Shown here: positions 38,201 through 52,173 of the stretch, one piece after another
Layout: the number at the start of each line of letters is the position of its first letter
Numbering within the stretch: the first letter of the stretch is position 1
From: Schmidtea nova
Lineage: Eukaryota
Direction of reading: 5' to 3'
DNA length: 64,000 bases
Assembly (NCBI GenBank): GCA_044892505.1
Contig: CM097883.1
Coordinates: forward strand, 134,540,001 to 134,604,000
Position numbers and translations under genes: made by a program
Notes under the pieces: generated by a model
Seen by the model: only the letters and a program-made list of their open reading frames with translations
The model's database searches: none
What the model was told of the DNA's origin: nothing

Positions 38201-41200
38201 TTGAAGGAAAGATTAGTGAAGCATGCCTAAGTTTCAAGATAAATTAATGCCTTCAATGCTGATGTGGCCTCAGTGAATAAATATCAATGACATACTGACG
38301 CTGTAAAGAAAATTTTACCAAAATATAATTATTAAAACCGAACAAGCAAAGATCGAGCATTTTATCGAAAATATAACAATGAAATTCCAGGGAAACAATA
38401 ATCTGTTGTAAATGGTTATATTTAGATAGATATCTAGGAATAGAAATAAGAGTTAGAATTTTAGATATTTTCAAACGCGAGAACATTTGTCACAAAGGAA
38501 GCCATAAATATTCAGTGCGTACATTACAAGAAATGAGGACATTTTAGGCATCATTTCCATGCTTTATTTTATGAAAGACAACGAAAATATCAGAAAATGG
38601 CTGCTGCATTCAATAAAGAAAATATATGCTGGATTAGAATACTGAAGCTGAAATCCTCCAATAGATGAGGAGATGATAGGAGTAATTAATTAAAGGTAAT
38701 TAATGATATGAGTAAAGTAGAACAGCCAATCCACGGATCCCTGGAATTCCGGTCTTTTTTTGATATCGCAATTCCGGTACTGAGATCTTCTAAATGCCGG
38801 ATTTTCTGTACTAACAATATTCATTAAATTAAAGGAAAATTTTAATAATTTCTCAAATTTAATGCCGAAAAAATTAAAAAGAGGGCTTGCCGTAATTTTT
38901 TAACGAAAATGTGATAAACTAGTCTTCTTCAGAATAATCGCAAAAAATTTTCGCAAACAAATTTTCAAATTTTCGATTGCATGAAAATTTAATTTGATAA
39001 TTAATTAAATTTAATTAATATATTACTTTCATTATGTTATGAATTATTAAATTTGATGATTGGCTCTAAACATGAAAACAATATTTTTTCAACGATAATT
39101 GTTTTGTTTGTATAATATATTTTATTTTAGCGTGATTATAGGTAAATTTCTTTTTAAAAAAAATATTTTCATTGTCTTAAATCAAAATATACTATTCCTT
39201 AGAAAGAACCAAGTCTACAAACGAGATAAGTAAATTTTCAGAGTTTATAATTTCTTATGTGAAAAATCAGGAGAATTTTCAAAATGTAAAAAGTTCATTA
39301 TAGCGTTAAAATGGGTAGCGACTCTACCAGAGTGCTACATAAGCACATGGAATCAGTACGTTAAAAACCCCGCGTCCAATGCTCAACATCAAAAAGTAGT
39401 GAATCGCCAAGTAGTATGTAGAATGACTACTGTTGATGGCTTACGATTTAGAATCTTCGTAACATTCGAAGAACTATGCACATCTCTATTTGCTGATGGG
39501 TTTGATGTGTTCAAATCGAAGTCTACATTTCGAAACATGATAATCAAATATGAGAAATTCATTCAACAGAAAATGCCTGTCAAATTGTAAAGCTTAAACT
39601 CACAAGGTAAGCGATTTAGCCTAACTTTCGACGAAAGGACTTCTACAAGAAATTGCTGTTATTTGAATATAGACTTACATATTAAAGGGAAAACTGGAAT
39701 TTTTGTTTATTACATGTACATTGATCGTTACCAGCAGGGAGAGATGCGATACAATGATTGCTGAAAAATTAAAATCCTTTGTTTTAAGATTGCATGATGA
39801 CATAGTTTGCATAACAACCAATGAAGCTGCATTCGTGAAAAATAGTCGGAAAATTGCTAAGCAGTGATCAACAGCTGTGTTTTGCACATACAATTCATTT
39901 AGGAGTCGTGGATGTTATGAATAAAAAACCCTGAACAAGCATTTCAAAAGAAACTGTCAAAATGAAAGTAAATGATGATGAGTTGAAGTCAGAAGACAGG
40001 CTTCACCTTCTTTTTGAAGATACTAAACTATAATTGTCAGATGAATTATTTTCATTGATTTCAAAAATAAAAGTGTTTACAATTTGTTTTGTAACTCCCC
40101 AACAGGATTTGACGGTATTCCTCAAAAAATATTTAAAACAAAGTTCGGTAAATTAAAATAATTGTTAATTGAATAAAAGTTCATTGTAACAGTCTTAATA
40201 TTTTCAACACGCAACAAATTATTAACTGCAACAAATAGAGAAATAATTATTTTAAAAAAGCACACAAAACACCAATTTTTTTAACAAAATAATTATGCAT
40301 CAATCCAATATTATTCCGTAGAGATTTTGTCAAGCTAAAGACTGAATATTAAAATCATTGGTCGATATTAATTCAATGTTATCCTTCAATGATGCAGAAC
40401 AGGGATTGGTTATGAATATGTTGTCAACACTAGGACCGGTGAAGTTAGCTGCCAGAGCATTATGTCGTCTTGGCTCTACACTTTGACAGAAGATGGAAAA
40501 ACTTTTAATAATATTGGAAAATATAATCTAGCTTTTTATTTCACAGATACCGTATTTTCCTGGGTATTAGTCGCACCAACCTAATTTTTGGATTTTTTCT
40601 AAAAAATCATTATTTGTTATTTCTTTGGGAAATTTGGCTGGACATTTGTTGGTTTGGTTAGAAAAAAAATAAAAATTATCATATAAGTCGCTTCTTTATA
40701 TTAGTCGCACTTGTATTTTTAACTAAAAAAAGTAGCGACAAAAAATACGGTACACTAATCGGTAGATTGGATGAGCATCAAACTGGCGGTTCTAGTTTTC
40801 TATAATAGTTACACAGAGGTAATTGAGTTTACGAAGACTTAAAATTAAACTTGAGCTTAAATATTGAACAGCTAGCCAAAATTCAGCTAACCAACACAGT
40901 TGTTGTTTCGGTTACTTGAATGTCCTACAAACCCCTTACCAATGAATCGTTGTCAGTGCACGAATCAGATATTAAAATATTTGCTGATAAAGAAAAATTA
41001 GTGTCTATGAGAAAAAAACTGAACTGAGAAATCAGTAAAGATATAAATTCAAAAATTGCACCAAAAAAGAGAAAACGATCTTGTAAGTATCCTCGAAAAG
41101 GCGCTGCTAAAAATCGAAAGAAAAGGTTATTGCGGACCCAACATTGAAAATATTTACAACTTTTTGAAGCGTGGAGTCTTTTCCTTGATGTGCAATAACG

Positions 41201-44200
41201 ATAACCAAAATCCGATCATCATTAAATAAATAAAGTTTGGATATGTTGTGCTTTCTTCGGTCTTATTATAAATAATCAAATCAAGTCGAATAATTTTTTT
41301 TTAAATTTGTGTATTATTTTCTTTTTATGATTGCTCAAGTACTCTTTTTTTGTTATATTTATAATTATTTCGTTTGATTTATAATAATATAAAATGTTAT
41401 GAATTCAAACTAACATTTGTCTTTAATTGTTTTCATTTTAGATTTACCTTAAATCAAGGCGCCAATCACGGGATTGAAAAAAATCCAGTACAGAAATCCC
41501 GGCTCCAAAAAAAGGTCTGGTATTGAATGCTCTAGAGCAGGGGTTCCGAACCTTTTCATAGTACCGTACCTGTACGTTGTAAACAATTTGATGGCGTACC
41601 GGTAAACCTAATTTTTTAATGGGGTATAAAATGCAATGGAGATTTGTAANNNNNNNNNNNNNNNNNNNNNNNNNNNNNNNNNNNNNNNNNNNNNNNNNNN
41701 NNNNNNNNNNNNNNNNNNNNNNNNNNNNNNNNNNNNNNNNNNNNNNNNNNNNNNNNNNNNNNNNNNNNNNNNNNNNNNNNNNNNNNAATATAATTATGAC
41801 TTAAAAAATAGTTAGTGAGAAGATAATGGATTCAGGTACAGGCAGCATCATTTGAGATTAGGTAAATCCCAATAAATTATTACAACACCAACAATGGATA
41901 AGAAATTGTAAAATATTAAAATGTATGAGTTATTGTAGTCATGTTTTTTTCCGCAAAACAGATTTTAATAGATTTTTGTTTTATAAATAGTAAAGTGATA
42001 TACGTACCGATAGCTACTTGCCCACGTACCTAAGGTTGGGAATCCCTGCTCTAAAGCAAGTCTGCACAACTTAAGGAACGCCGAAGGCCGAATGGGTAGT
42101 TAATAGAAAAGATTTTGTAATTTAAGTAAAAGAATTAAAACATGTTTTAAAAATATATAATTTTGTTCTGACTTTTTTAGGAGCTTTCTGAAAAGTGTTC
42201 AGGAGCCGTATGTGACACACTGGACGAAGATTGTGCAAGTCTGCTCTAGAATTAAGATTGTATGATTGCGGTAGTTTAATACTATAATAGATTAATACAC
42301 CGTATAACACTGAATACCACCTATAATATTGGTTGGTGTGTATGTTAGTTATGACTCATACTTTTTAACTGGATATAGTAAGAAATTTACATAAACTTAT
42401 CATTTAAATATGATTTTTTAGTAATTTACCAACATTATAATGGATTTATTTTCACATAAAGTAAGAAACTAAAGTAAAATTTATTATTTTATAACATAAT
42501 TGATTTATGTTTTTTGGATTCCTAATAGTCTTCCAAATTGTAGGTAATCCTTCCCATTTTCCATGGCATTCATGATTTGGACTTTGTAAATCAAGCACTG
42601 CAGAACTTGATTGTCCTTCATTAAATGATACTATGAAAATTTTGATTTAACTGTATATTAAAAAAAATTTACAAATTAGACTGATGATTTCTCTGAAAAC
42701 TTAAGGTTGATCCTTCAAGAATATCAGAATTGCTAAAAAAATTTAATTAATTATAAAATGAAAAATAAATCTTACAATATGCCCTTGATTTTCTCGTAAA
42801 TTGAAAGTAGAGTCTTGAAAAATAGTTTTTTTCAAAGATTTTTTATTAGTTTCATTTTAAAAATCAAAATAATTAAAATTAAGACACACCAACTTTTTTG
42901 TGTGTGCAAAATTTATTATAGGTTTTTATCGATTGATTTTATTTGCATCCATTAACAGTTAGCATGTAGTTTCTACTATGTAATGCCTTTTTGTGGTTTC
43001 CAATTTCTTTCTATCCTTTTTGTCTACCACATAATAAAAAGTGTTATTCATTGTTAGCACACCGATAACACACAGGTGAGTGATTGAAATTTCTATAGTG
43101 TAATTTAATTTTATATTATAGGAGGCGGTATTCATCGTTATACTGTGTAGTGATTGTGTGCTTGATTATAAAAATTTTAACGTGTATACTGACACATTTT
43201 GTACGGATAATCTATTTAAAGAATCATTTTTAAGTTTTTACAAAATTATGTAATTTTATATGGTAAAATGCTGGGAAGATTGAATATCAATGTGATAATA
43301 AATAGTGTTAAATTAGTATACCTTTTAGATACAGGAGCTAAAATAAATGTGATTGATTATAGTACCTTTAAAAAATTGATAATTTTCCTATGACTGAATG
43401 TAATTTAAAGTTAAGATGCGCAAATGGAAACCCAATAAAATTTTGTGTACAAGCTAACTAAATAACTAATGACACCCCGGTTACCTGATCTGCCGATTCC
43501 GGCGCTGCAGTGAACTAAAATTGGTTTGGCCGACTGATTAGTGGTTTCGTCACAGTTAGACACAATTTCAGTTAACATATTAAACTGATCGGAATTTTTC
43601 GGTACCCCATGATCGGGCCAACTGACAAATTGAATATGCGTCACCATTAGCTTGGCGGAGTTCTGAATTCAAATTCATATATCAAAATTGACTGAAAACG
43701 TCACATAAAAATTTACAGAAGTATTCAAAACGGATAAGTCTGTAACGATTGTGCAATTATCATGCGACAAAGTTTTCAAATTTGTAATTTCGTAATTGCC
43801 AACTTTCAATGTTTCATTGACTCTAGCTGGCCAATATTGGTGGCATTTAATTTGATTTTTCTCCACAGTTCTGAATGAGAAAATTATTTGTTACCAATAT
43901 CCAGTACATTGTGACTCATCATTTTGAACTTGAAATTATATTATTTATGGTCTAAAAAGTGGGGGCCGGGTTGTTTTCGAAAAACTATGACTAGAAAAGA
44001 ATTCACGGATATTTTACAATTTATGTGCTTCGATAAATAAATGAACGAAGTATACGATTACAAACGGATAAATTTGTAATGATCTCAGATGTTTGGAATT
44101 CATTCATTGAAAATAGCCAGAATTGTTAGGTACTTTGGACAAAATATTAAAATTGACGAACAATTATTCTCAACCAAAGCGAGATGCTGATTCACTCGGT

Positions 44201-47200
44201 ACTTGCCGGACAAACCCAATAAGTTCTAATAAAAGTTTGGTTACCGTCTGATATCAAAGGGAAATTCATTATAAATGGGTTCCCGTATTTGGGAAAGGAC
44301 GAAAAAAGACAATTGTCAATTCCTTAGAGTGAGTTTGTTGTCCTACAATTAATTGAGCCGTTTACCGGTGCTGGAAGAAACGTAACTACTGATAATTCTT
44401 TTTCCAACAAATCACTAGCATCAAAATTATTGGAAAAACGCACAACTTTAGTTGGAACTAGTAAATCAAAAAAAAATTCTTTTTTCAAATCCATGCTTTA
44501 TGCGAGCAGAACTCCACTTGGCTGAGAAATTTTTTTTTGCAATTTATATTACATTTACACGCAAAATTTCTCTGAAGACACCAACACATTTACCTCTCGT
44601 CCATTGTTAAATGTATGGGGAAATTCAAATTGTTATTTAGTTAACTTAATTAACTTTTTTTGGTCAAATTTATCAATTTCCATGTATTGTCACCGGAAGT
44701 GAGCAAGTGTGCAAAATTTGAAGTGAATCGGTTGAGAGAAAAGTACTAAAAAATTGATTTGTAATTTTGTGGCACACACATATATATAGAAAGCAACCTT
44801 ATATAAAGCATGGAAAAATTCGTGCAGATAAAATAGAAATTACGAAACTTGCTAAACAAAAAAAAGATAATTTACCTCGATTTCCATCAATAATTTATAA
44901 AACAAATATTTGTACTTTGACAGTATATAAAAGTAAGTCAACGAAAAAATATTTCTACTGAGTTCGAAACATAATTCAGTCAACATTGAATAAGACAAAA
45001 AAATAGCTTGAAGCTATCATATTTTATAATTAAATCAAATTCGAGGTAGACATGACGGATCAAATGGCCAGAAAATATAGTGTGAAGTCAGGATCTCGAA
45101 GATGACCTATTCAAATACTTTTCAATATTCTCGACTTGGGAGCAATAAATGCATGGATTTTATATAACGAAAAAACTGGAGAAAATATATCGAAAAAATA
45201 TTTTTGTTTCAATAAGCAGAAGACCTTTTCACATAATAAAAAGATCCATCTGAACTAGAAAACTTAAATGTCCTTTCGAAAAGTTCTAATGGAAATAAAA
45301 CCACAAATATTTGTGTTGTTGTAAAAAATATGTTTGTGGAAAATGTACATTGAAAAAGATTTCTATATGTAAAAATTGTGGTGAGCCAAATAGTAATAAT
45401 ACAAAGTAAATAATATTACTACTTTTTATGTAAATATATGTATATATCATGTACTTAAAATATAAAAATAAAAAAAATTATTTTATTAATAATTTTCTTT
45501 AAATTTTAAATATCAAATCGGTAAAAATGACGGGTTTGGTAGAAATATGTATATAACGACTGTTGGAAACCGGCCTACTAAGTCTTCAGTAAGGCAGTTA
45601 TTTACATATTGCAGTTTATAATGAATGTCTGCAGTGTAAATATGAATAGCAAAGAGAACAAAGGTCACCAACACCTTCAACATGCTGCATGCGCACATGT
45701 ATACACACGCTCACACACAGAATATGACTACTCACACCAGACACACAACAGTGATAACAATGAATCATGTTAAGGACGGTATGTCACTGTCTTAGAATAT
45801 GATTACTCACACAAGACACATAACAGTGATAACACTGAGTCATGTTAATGAAGGATTGTCATTTTCGTAGAATATGGCTACTCGGAGAGAGCTTACAGAC
45901 TTTCAGAAAAGCATTATTTACGGATGTTACCTTTGTGGAAAAAGTCAGATTGAAACTGCTGCATTGACTGGCCATCCTAAAGGAACAATTAACTACTTCC
46001 TGAGGAAGTACCGCCAGGAGCAGACACATGTCAACAAGCAAAGTTCAGGCCTCCTTAAACTTCTGAGAATCCGTATACAACGGCAACTGAAACAATTTTT
46101 GGTGGCTCATCGTCGGTTCCCCTTGTTCAAATTAGGGTCCACATTTAACACTGGTCCTGTGCATGCCAGCCTGTCCACCATTCGTCGCGCATTACATTCT
46201 CATGGTTTCTATGACAGATACTGCACAAGGAAGCCTTTGATTACAGAACAATTCGTCATCGTCGCTTGAAGTGGTGCCGGGAGTGAAGGAGTTTGACAGC
46301 TGAACAATGGCGCTCAGTCATTTGGAATGATGAATCACGTTTCACTCTTTACAAATATGATGGACAGCCCTTTTGCTGATGTCATGTAGGAGAACAATTT
46401 CAACCTGACTGCATTCAGCCAACTGTGAAATATGGAGGAGGCTCCATCATTTTTGGAGTCTTTTCTCAGCTCGTGGAACAGGCCGTCTAGTGAAGTGCAG
46501 CATTCACATGACGTCAGTGGAATAACGTGCCATTCTGGAAAATGAGCTTGTTCCCTTTCTCCCAGAAATTGAGGAGCTCATTTTCCAACAAGATATTGCA
46601 TCAATTCATACTTAGCAAATTATGAAGGAATTCTTTCTGCAGCACAGCATCAACGTTTTGGATTGGGTTCCACAAAGCCCAGATCTGAATCCTATTGAGT
46701 TTATGTGGGACGACCTTGGTAGATGAATTCGCAAAAGGATTCCCATTGCCCCTAACGCGTCCGAACTGAAAACGCATCTGCATTAGGAATGGTCACACAT
46801 CTCCCCTGATTTCCTGGCAAAAGTGGTCAATACAACGAGTGCGCCTTGTTATCCAGATGAAAGGTAATATAACGAAGTACTAACTCTCTCAGCACTACAG
46901 ACATTCAGTATTCGTGTGTGTTTGTGACATTTGTTCGCATTGCTGTTCATTATAAACTGCAAAAGGACGGTTTGAACAACCAATATCTTGCTTAGTAAAA
47001 TTAAGGCAGTAATTGTGCTAGTTTTGTATTTTTTGGGGAAATTTGTTTCAATTTGAGTTGCAATATAATTAGTACTATTTAATCAATACTTAGCCTAAAT
47101 CATATTTGTTTTTTATCTGCACACAACCCATGTTATATATTCATTGAAAATTTCTTTTGGAGTCCATTAATTAATTGTTTAACTATTTACTTATAAGGCA

Positions 47201-50200
47201 AGTAATTTCTGTGTTGATTCGTAACTCCTGATATGAACAGGGCATAGATTCTCCCAATCTTTGCCGATCCATCTCTTTAAAAAAAGAAAACAATGCCTTT
47301 GTAATTGAAGTTTTCTTCTTAGAAGCTCTTAAAGTCTAAACTACCCTCGCTGACTAATCTAAATCAGACTCTATAGAACATTTCAAATTAGCAGTAAATA
47401 AAAACACTATCATAATTAAGGAAAAGTTATTTACTTTCGAATTATCCAAATCTAAAGATAAAATTCCATTTTTAGATATCATGGTAAATTTTAATGAAGA
47501 TTCACAAGCACTGTTGCCAACATCGATCTCTATATAGAGAGTAGGCATTAGCACACATTTTCCAGGGGAAAACCTATCCCAAATTTCACAAAAAAATCGC
47601 ACTGCTAACAGAAGAAATAAATAGAGCAATAAAAACTGTTTAGGAGCAACTTAAATACAATAAACATTATAAAACTTTAAAATAAGCTTTTCTAAGAATG
47701 GACAACTGTAAAATTTGTAACGAAACATTTTCTAAACGGTCACTACCTCATTGGATGCAACACTAAGAGTCACAGTGGCAAACATACAATATAACTAACA
47801 TTTCTTTTCTTAAATAATACTACATTCAAAAAGATCAGAAACATTATTCGCAACTAAGACTTGTCTGTCCACATTCGTCATATTGTCATCGCTTCTGCAC
47901 CTTTAAATCACAACTTCAAAATTTTGAAATATCAAATGTTTTTAATCGTGACGTGAAATTTGTAGTTGGCTGTATTTAGTAATAAATCAAAAGCACTTTT
48001 TCACCTGTCTCTATAAAAATCAATTAATGTATCCCATTCTAATTAAAAAAAATTAATTTGGCTTTGCACGTGGAAAATATAAAGTTTGTAATTTTAGTCA
48101 TATATTTATTGTACAAATTGTTACGTCCATTAAAAAATTCGGAAAGTGACTATTTTTAGGAATTAAGATTCCTCGTGGGTAATAACTTTGGAGAAATGAC
48201 AAATTTCCACTCTTAACAGTATAGTGAAAAAAAATTCACAAATTTTTTAGTCATATACCTAATAAACAGTTAATAGAGATTATTAAGCTTTGGTCATATT
48301 TAAATAAAACACTATTAAATTTCAAGGTCACACAAATTGATTAAGACACTTATATTGTAAGTTTCTTTATAGCACTTTTAGGTTTAGTTTTTATTTAAAT
48401 ACGATTGATAAAATCAAGATGTTTTATTGTGCACATCCGATGGATTAATAATATTAATAATGAAATAACTAAGAAATATTTTTACTTAGTTGTCATGACA
48501 ATTATTGGAATTTCTTGCAATTCAATCATTTCATAAAAGTCGTGCAATGTGGTATCCATGGGACCTTAAATACAAACAAATATAAAATGCTTTCATATAA
48601 TTTATTTTTTATCAAAAAATAACTGATTTTAAATTTTATAATAAATAAACTATTTCATGTGAAATATTTGAATTCAGTTTCAATTGTAAATTGTGTTTTG
48701 ATGATTTTATTGACCGTGGTTGGACACAAATTGAACCACTTTTTATAAATACGTATATCAGAATAATTTGCACTAAGTTTTTAAATCAAAACGAAAAAAT
48801 AACTTTTTATTTTACTCATTCTTCTATTTGGTTATTAGTTTCAATATATTTTTTTTAAAACTATTATCTTATTTTCGCAACCATTGCTTTCTCTTCAATT
48901 AAATATTTCATGCATATTAGATATTATTACAATTATAGGTGTAATCAATTTAACCATTAAATTATTTATCAGTATTATAATTTATTTAAAAAACATTCAT
49001 GTAATATTGCTGGTATTATTAGATTATTTATATTAATTATTCGTCAGTAGTTACTTTAGTTATAATTGACTATTTGTAGTCATGTCATAATGTTAAATGA
49101 AAATTATTAGTTGAATTCTTCTATATTTACACATATTATGAATGCTACCAGTTGTTAAAATAACATTTGTGACATGAAATATTACATTTTTAAACTTAAA
49201 TTTAAATTAAAGAGTTCAAAATTTTTTTTAATAGAAGAAATTTAAAAGGAAAATTAATTAATTAATAAGCAGTCAGATTTTTGTGCCCGTAACACTAAAG
49301 GGAAATGTTACCGACATCCCTCCACGATACTACCAACTAGGAAGAAGGTAACTGTAGATTTTTAACCCCCTTAATACACCCTAAAACTTTTCTGACCTCA
49401 TAAAATTTGTTTTTTTATTTTATTTGTCATTAATCTACTTGATCGATTTCAAATACCTATAACTCGTTCGAATTTTTTAAAACATGTTTGCATGTATTTG
49501 AATTTATGTATTTTTATAAAATCAGTTTTAATAAAGATTTGTTAAAATCAGTTTAATAAAGTTAAAACAAAATGTATTCACTGAATAGGTATGTGTAAAT
49601 CAATGTTTAATGTTTTAATATTAAGAATTAAATAAAGAATTGAAATTATTTTAAATATTATTTAGAATACCATTAAAAATTTAAAAATACATTTTTAACA
49701 ACTATACTACTAAAATGAACATTACAACAAAAAAGGAAATATTATTTTAATTATAGCTGGCTTCAGGAGTATAAATGGCTAATAAATGTAATGATTCTCA
49801 AGGACAATGTAAATATTGTCTAAGTACACATAATAAATAAAAACTGCTGTGTAAAAAAATCTTTAATTTAGAAATATACTGAATTTTTTTTTATTCATCA
49901 TTTTTTGGTTATTGATTTGTCCTACTTTGAGCCTCTCAACATGTGGCAACCCTACCATTGAACTTCAAGTTATGACCATCATACTTACCATTCGATTACC
50001 TTTTATTTGAAAAAGATTTGTGAAAGTAACAATTGCTCTCTTTAGGGTCAAAATTTTGATTTTATTAATATTGCGGAAACAATTAAAGCTACACTTGTGA
50101 TTTTATTTTTTATTAGTATTATTAACTTGATTATTTTATAAGTTATTATTAATTTTTTATTAGTTTTTTAATTGTATAAGTTTTTATTATAAGATGAGAT

Positions 50201-50392
50201 GTTATGAGATGTTATAAGTTTTTATTATTATAATTAACTTTTTTTATAAGGTATTATTATTATTATGCACGGGAATCACAATGTCTTTGTTAATAAGGTT
50301 TTAAAATTTTGAACCTTGGACCCTTTGAACATAGACCTTAAAGAGTATGACCATCATACTTGTCATTCGATTACATTTTATTACCTTTTATT

Positions 50393-50457
<65 letters not shown>

Positions 50458-52088
50458 TTCTATATAGTTTTAAAGATTTTGGACCCATTGAAGGTTTTTT
50501 AAAGGTTTGAAGGTTCAGCACCACCAATAACCATCGAAAGTACGAGGATGATACTTACATCTCAAATACCTTTAGAACGATATGTATATTATTAGGGTTT
50601 AAAATTTTTGAACCTTGGACCCTTCGAACTCACCATCAAAAGTCATTTTGAATGATATATAACTTGTAAGGTTTAAAATACTTTTAAGTTTATAGACCCA
50701 TTGAAGGTTTTTGACCTACCATAAACCTTCGAGGGTATGACCATCATAGTTACCTCTCACATACCTTTCGAATGATATAACTCGTAAGGTTTAAAGATTT
50801 TTAATGGTTTTGGACCCTTTGAGGGTCGAGCACCTTCCATAGACCTACGAAGGTATGACCATCATACCCACCCTTCAATATACTTTCAAATGATATATAT
50901 AATAAGGCTTTAGACCATTTGAAGGTTCAGAACTTTTCATTAACATTCGAGGATTTAACCTTTGTATAAACCTCTCAAAGACCTTTTGAATGATGGTGGT
51001 ATGAAAACGTATTTTTTGAAAAGTTTGTCGCCATTTTAAGATCTTGGGAGGTATTACAATATTTTGTATTGATTATTAACTTCGATTAGGGCAATTTCGA
51101 TTAGGGCGACACTTTCAGGAAACCAATAATTCGTTCTAATCGAAAGATTCCTGTAATTTTAGTTTTTTTTAAAAGAAGCATTGCATTAAAAATCTAAATT
51201 ATAAATTATTATAAGTTTCTTAATTATTATAAATTATTATAAATTTTTATATTTTCCAAATTTTGTTGATAAGAGATTTGATAGATTTGCGGATTGGTTG
51301 TTGATGTTTCTGATGAATATTTTGAATTTAATGACTGAATGGGAGGCCAGTGTTATCATTTACTTATATGAATCTCATATTACTATAAGTCAGGGTTGTT
51401 TCATAAGATTGGTATATATTTCCATCAGATCGTTGAACGGCACTATAATGAGCATATTTCAGTCGAAGTTGTAAGAGTCCACAACTCACCTTCAATAAAA
51501 AACAATTGTCTTTAGACCGTTAAAGTGAATTCTATGTGGGTGTGTATATGATATGAGCTAAGTAATTACATAATATAATTTGTTATGTAACAATGTCTGT
51601 CTGTCCGGATGTAACGCTTTTAAAGGGCGCTGATTGGCCGATTTTTCAATCGGAAAACTTGAAAATTCTTACATGCGCGTTTGACTATGATTGCTTTGAT
51701 GACTCAATAGCATTCACCTAAAATATTATTAAGAACTTTTGAATTCTGCGCTTAAACCATCGGTTCTAGAACTTGCATTTCGATGATATTATAACTTTCA
51801 TTGATAATTAGTCAGATACCGATATCCAACATTTTTACAGCCACTTTCAAAATTTATCTAGTTAATTATAAAAAACAGCCAAAATCTATAATCCAAACAA
51901 AACTTGATAGATTTTTCAAAGCAGCATCACTTAAGTCACGCTCTTCAGACAACGAACAGCTGAACAACGCTGGTGCAATTTTGTGTTTATTACAGGGGCT
52001 CCCAAAGTGTGGGTCACAAACCGACTTTAAGTGGGTTGCCAAAAAAATTTAATATTTTATTGTGTGCATATTAATTTGTATTTTTGCT

Positions 52089-52173
<85 letters not shown>

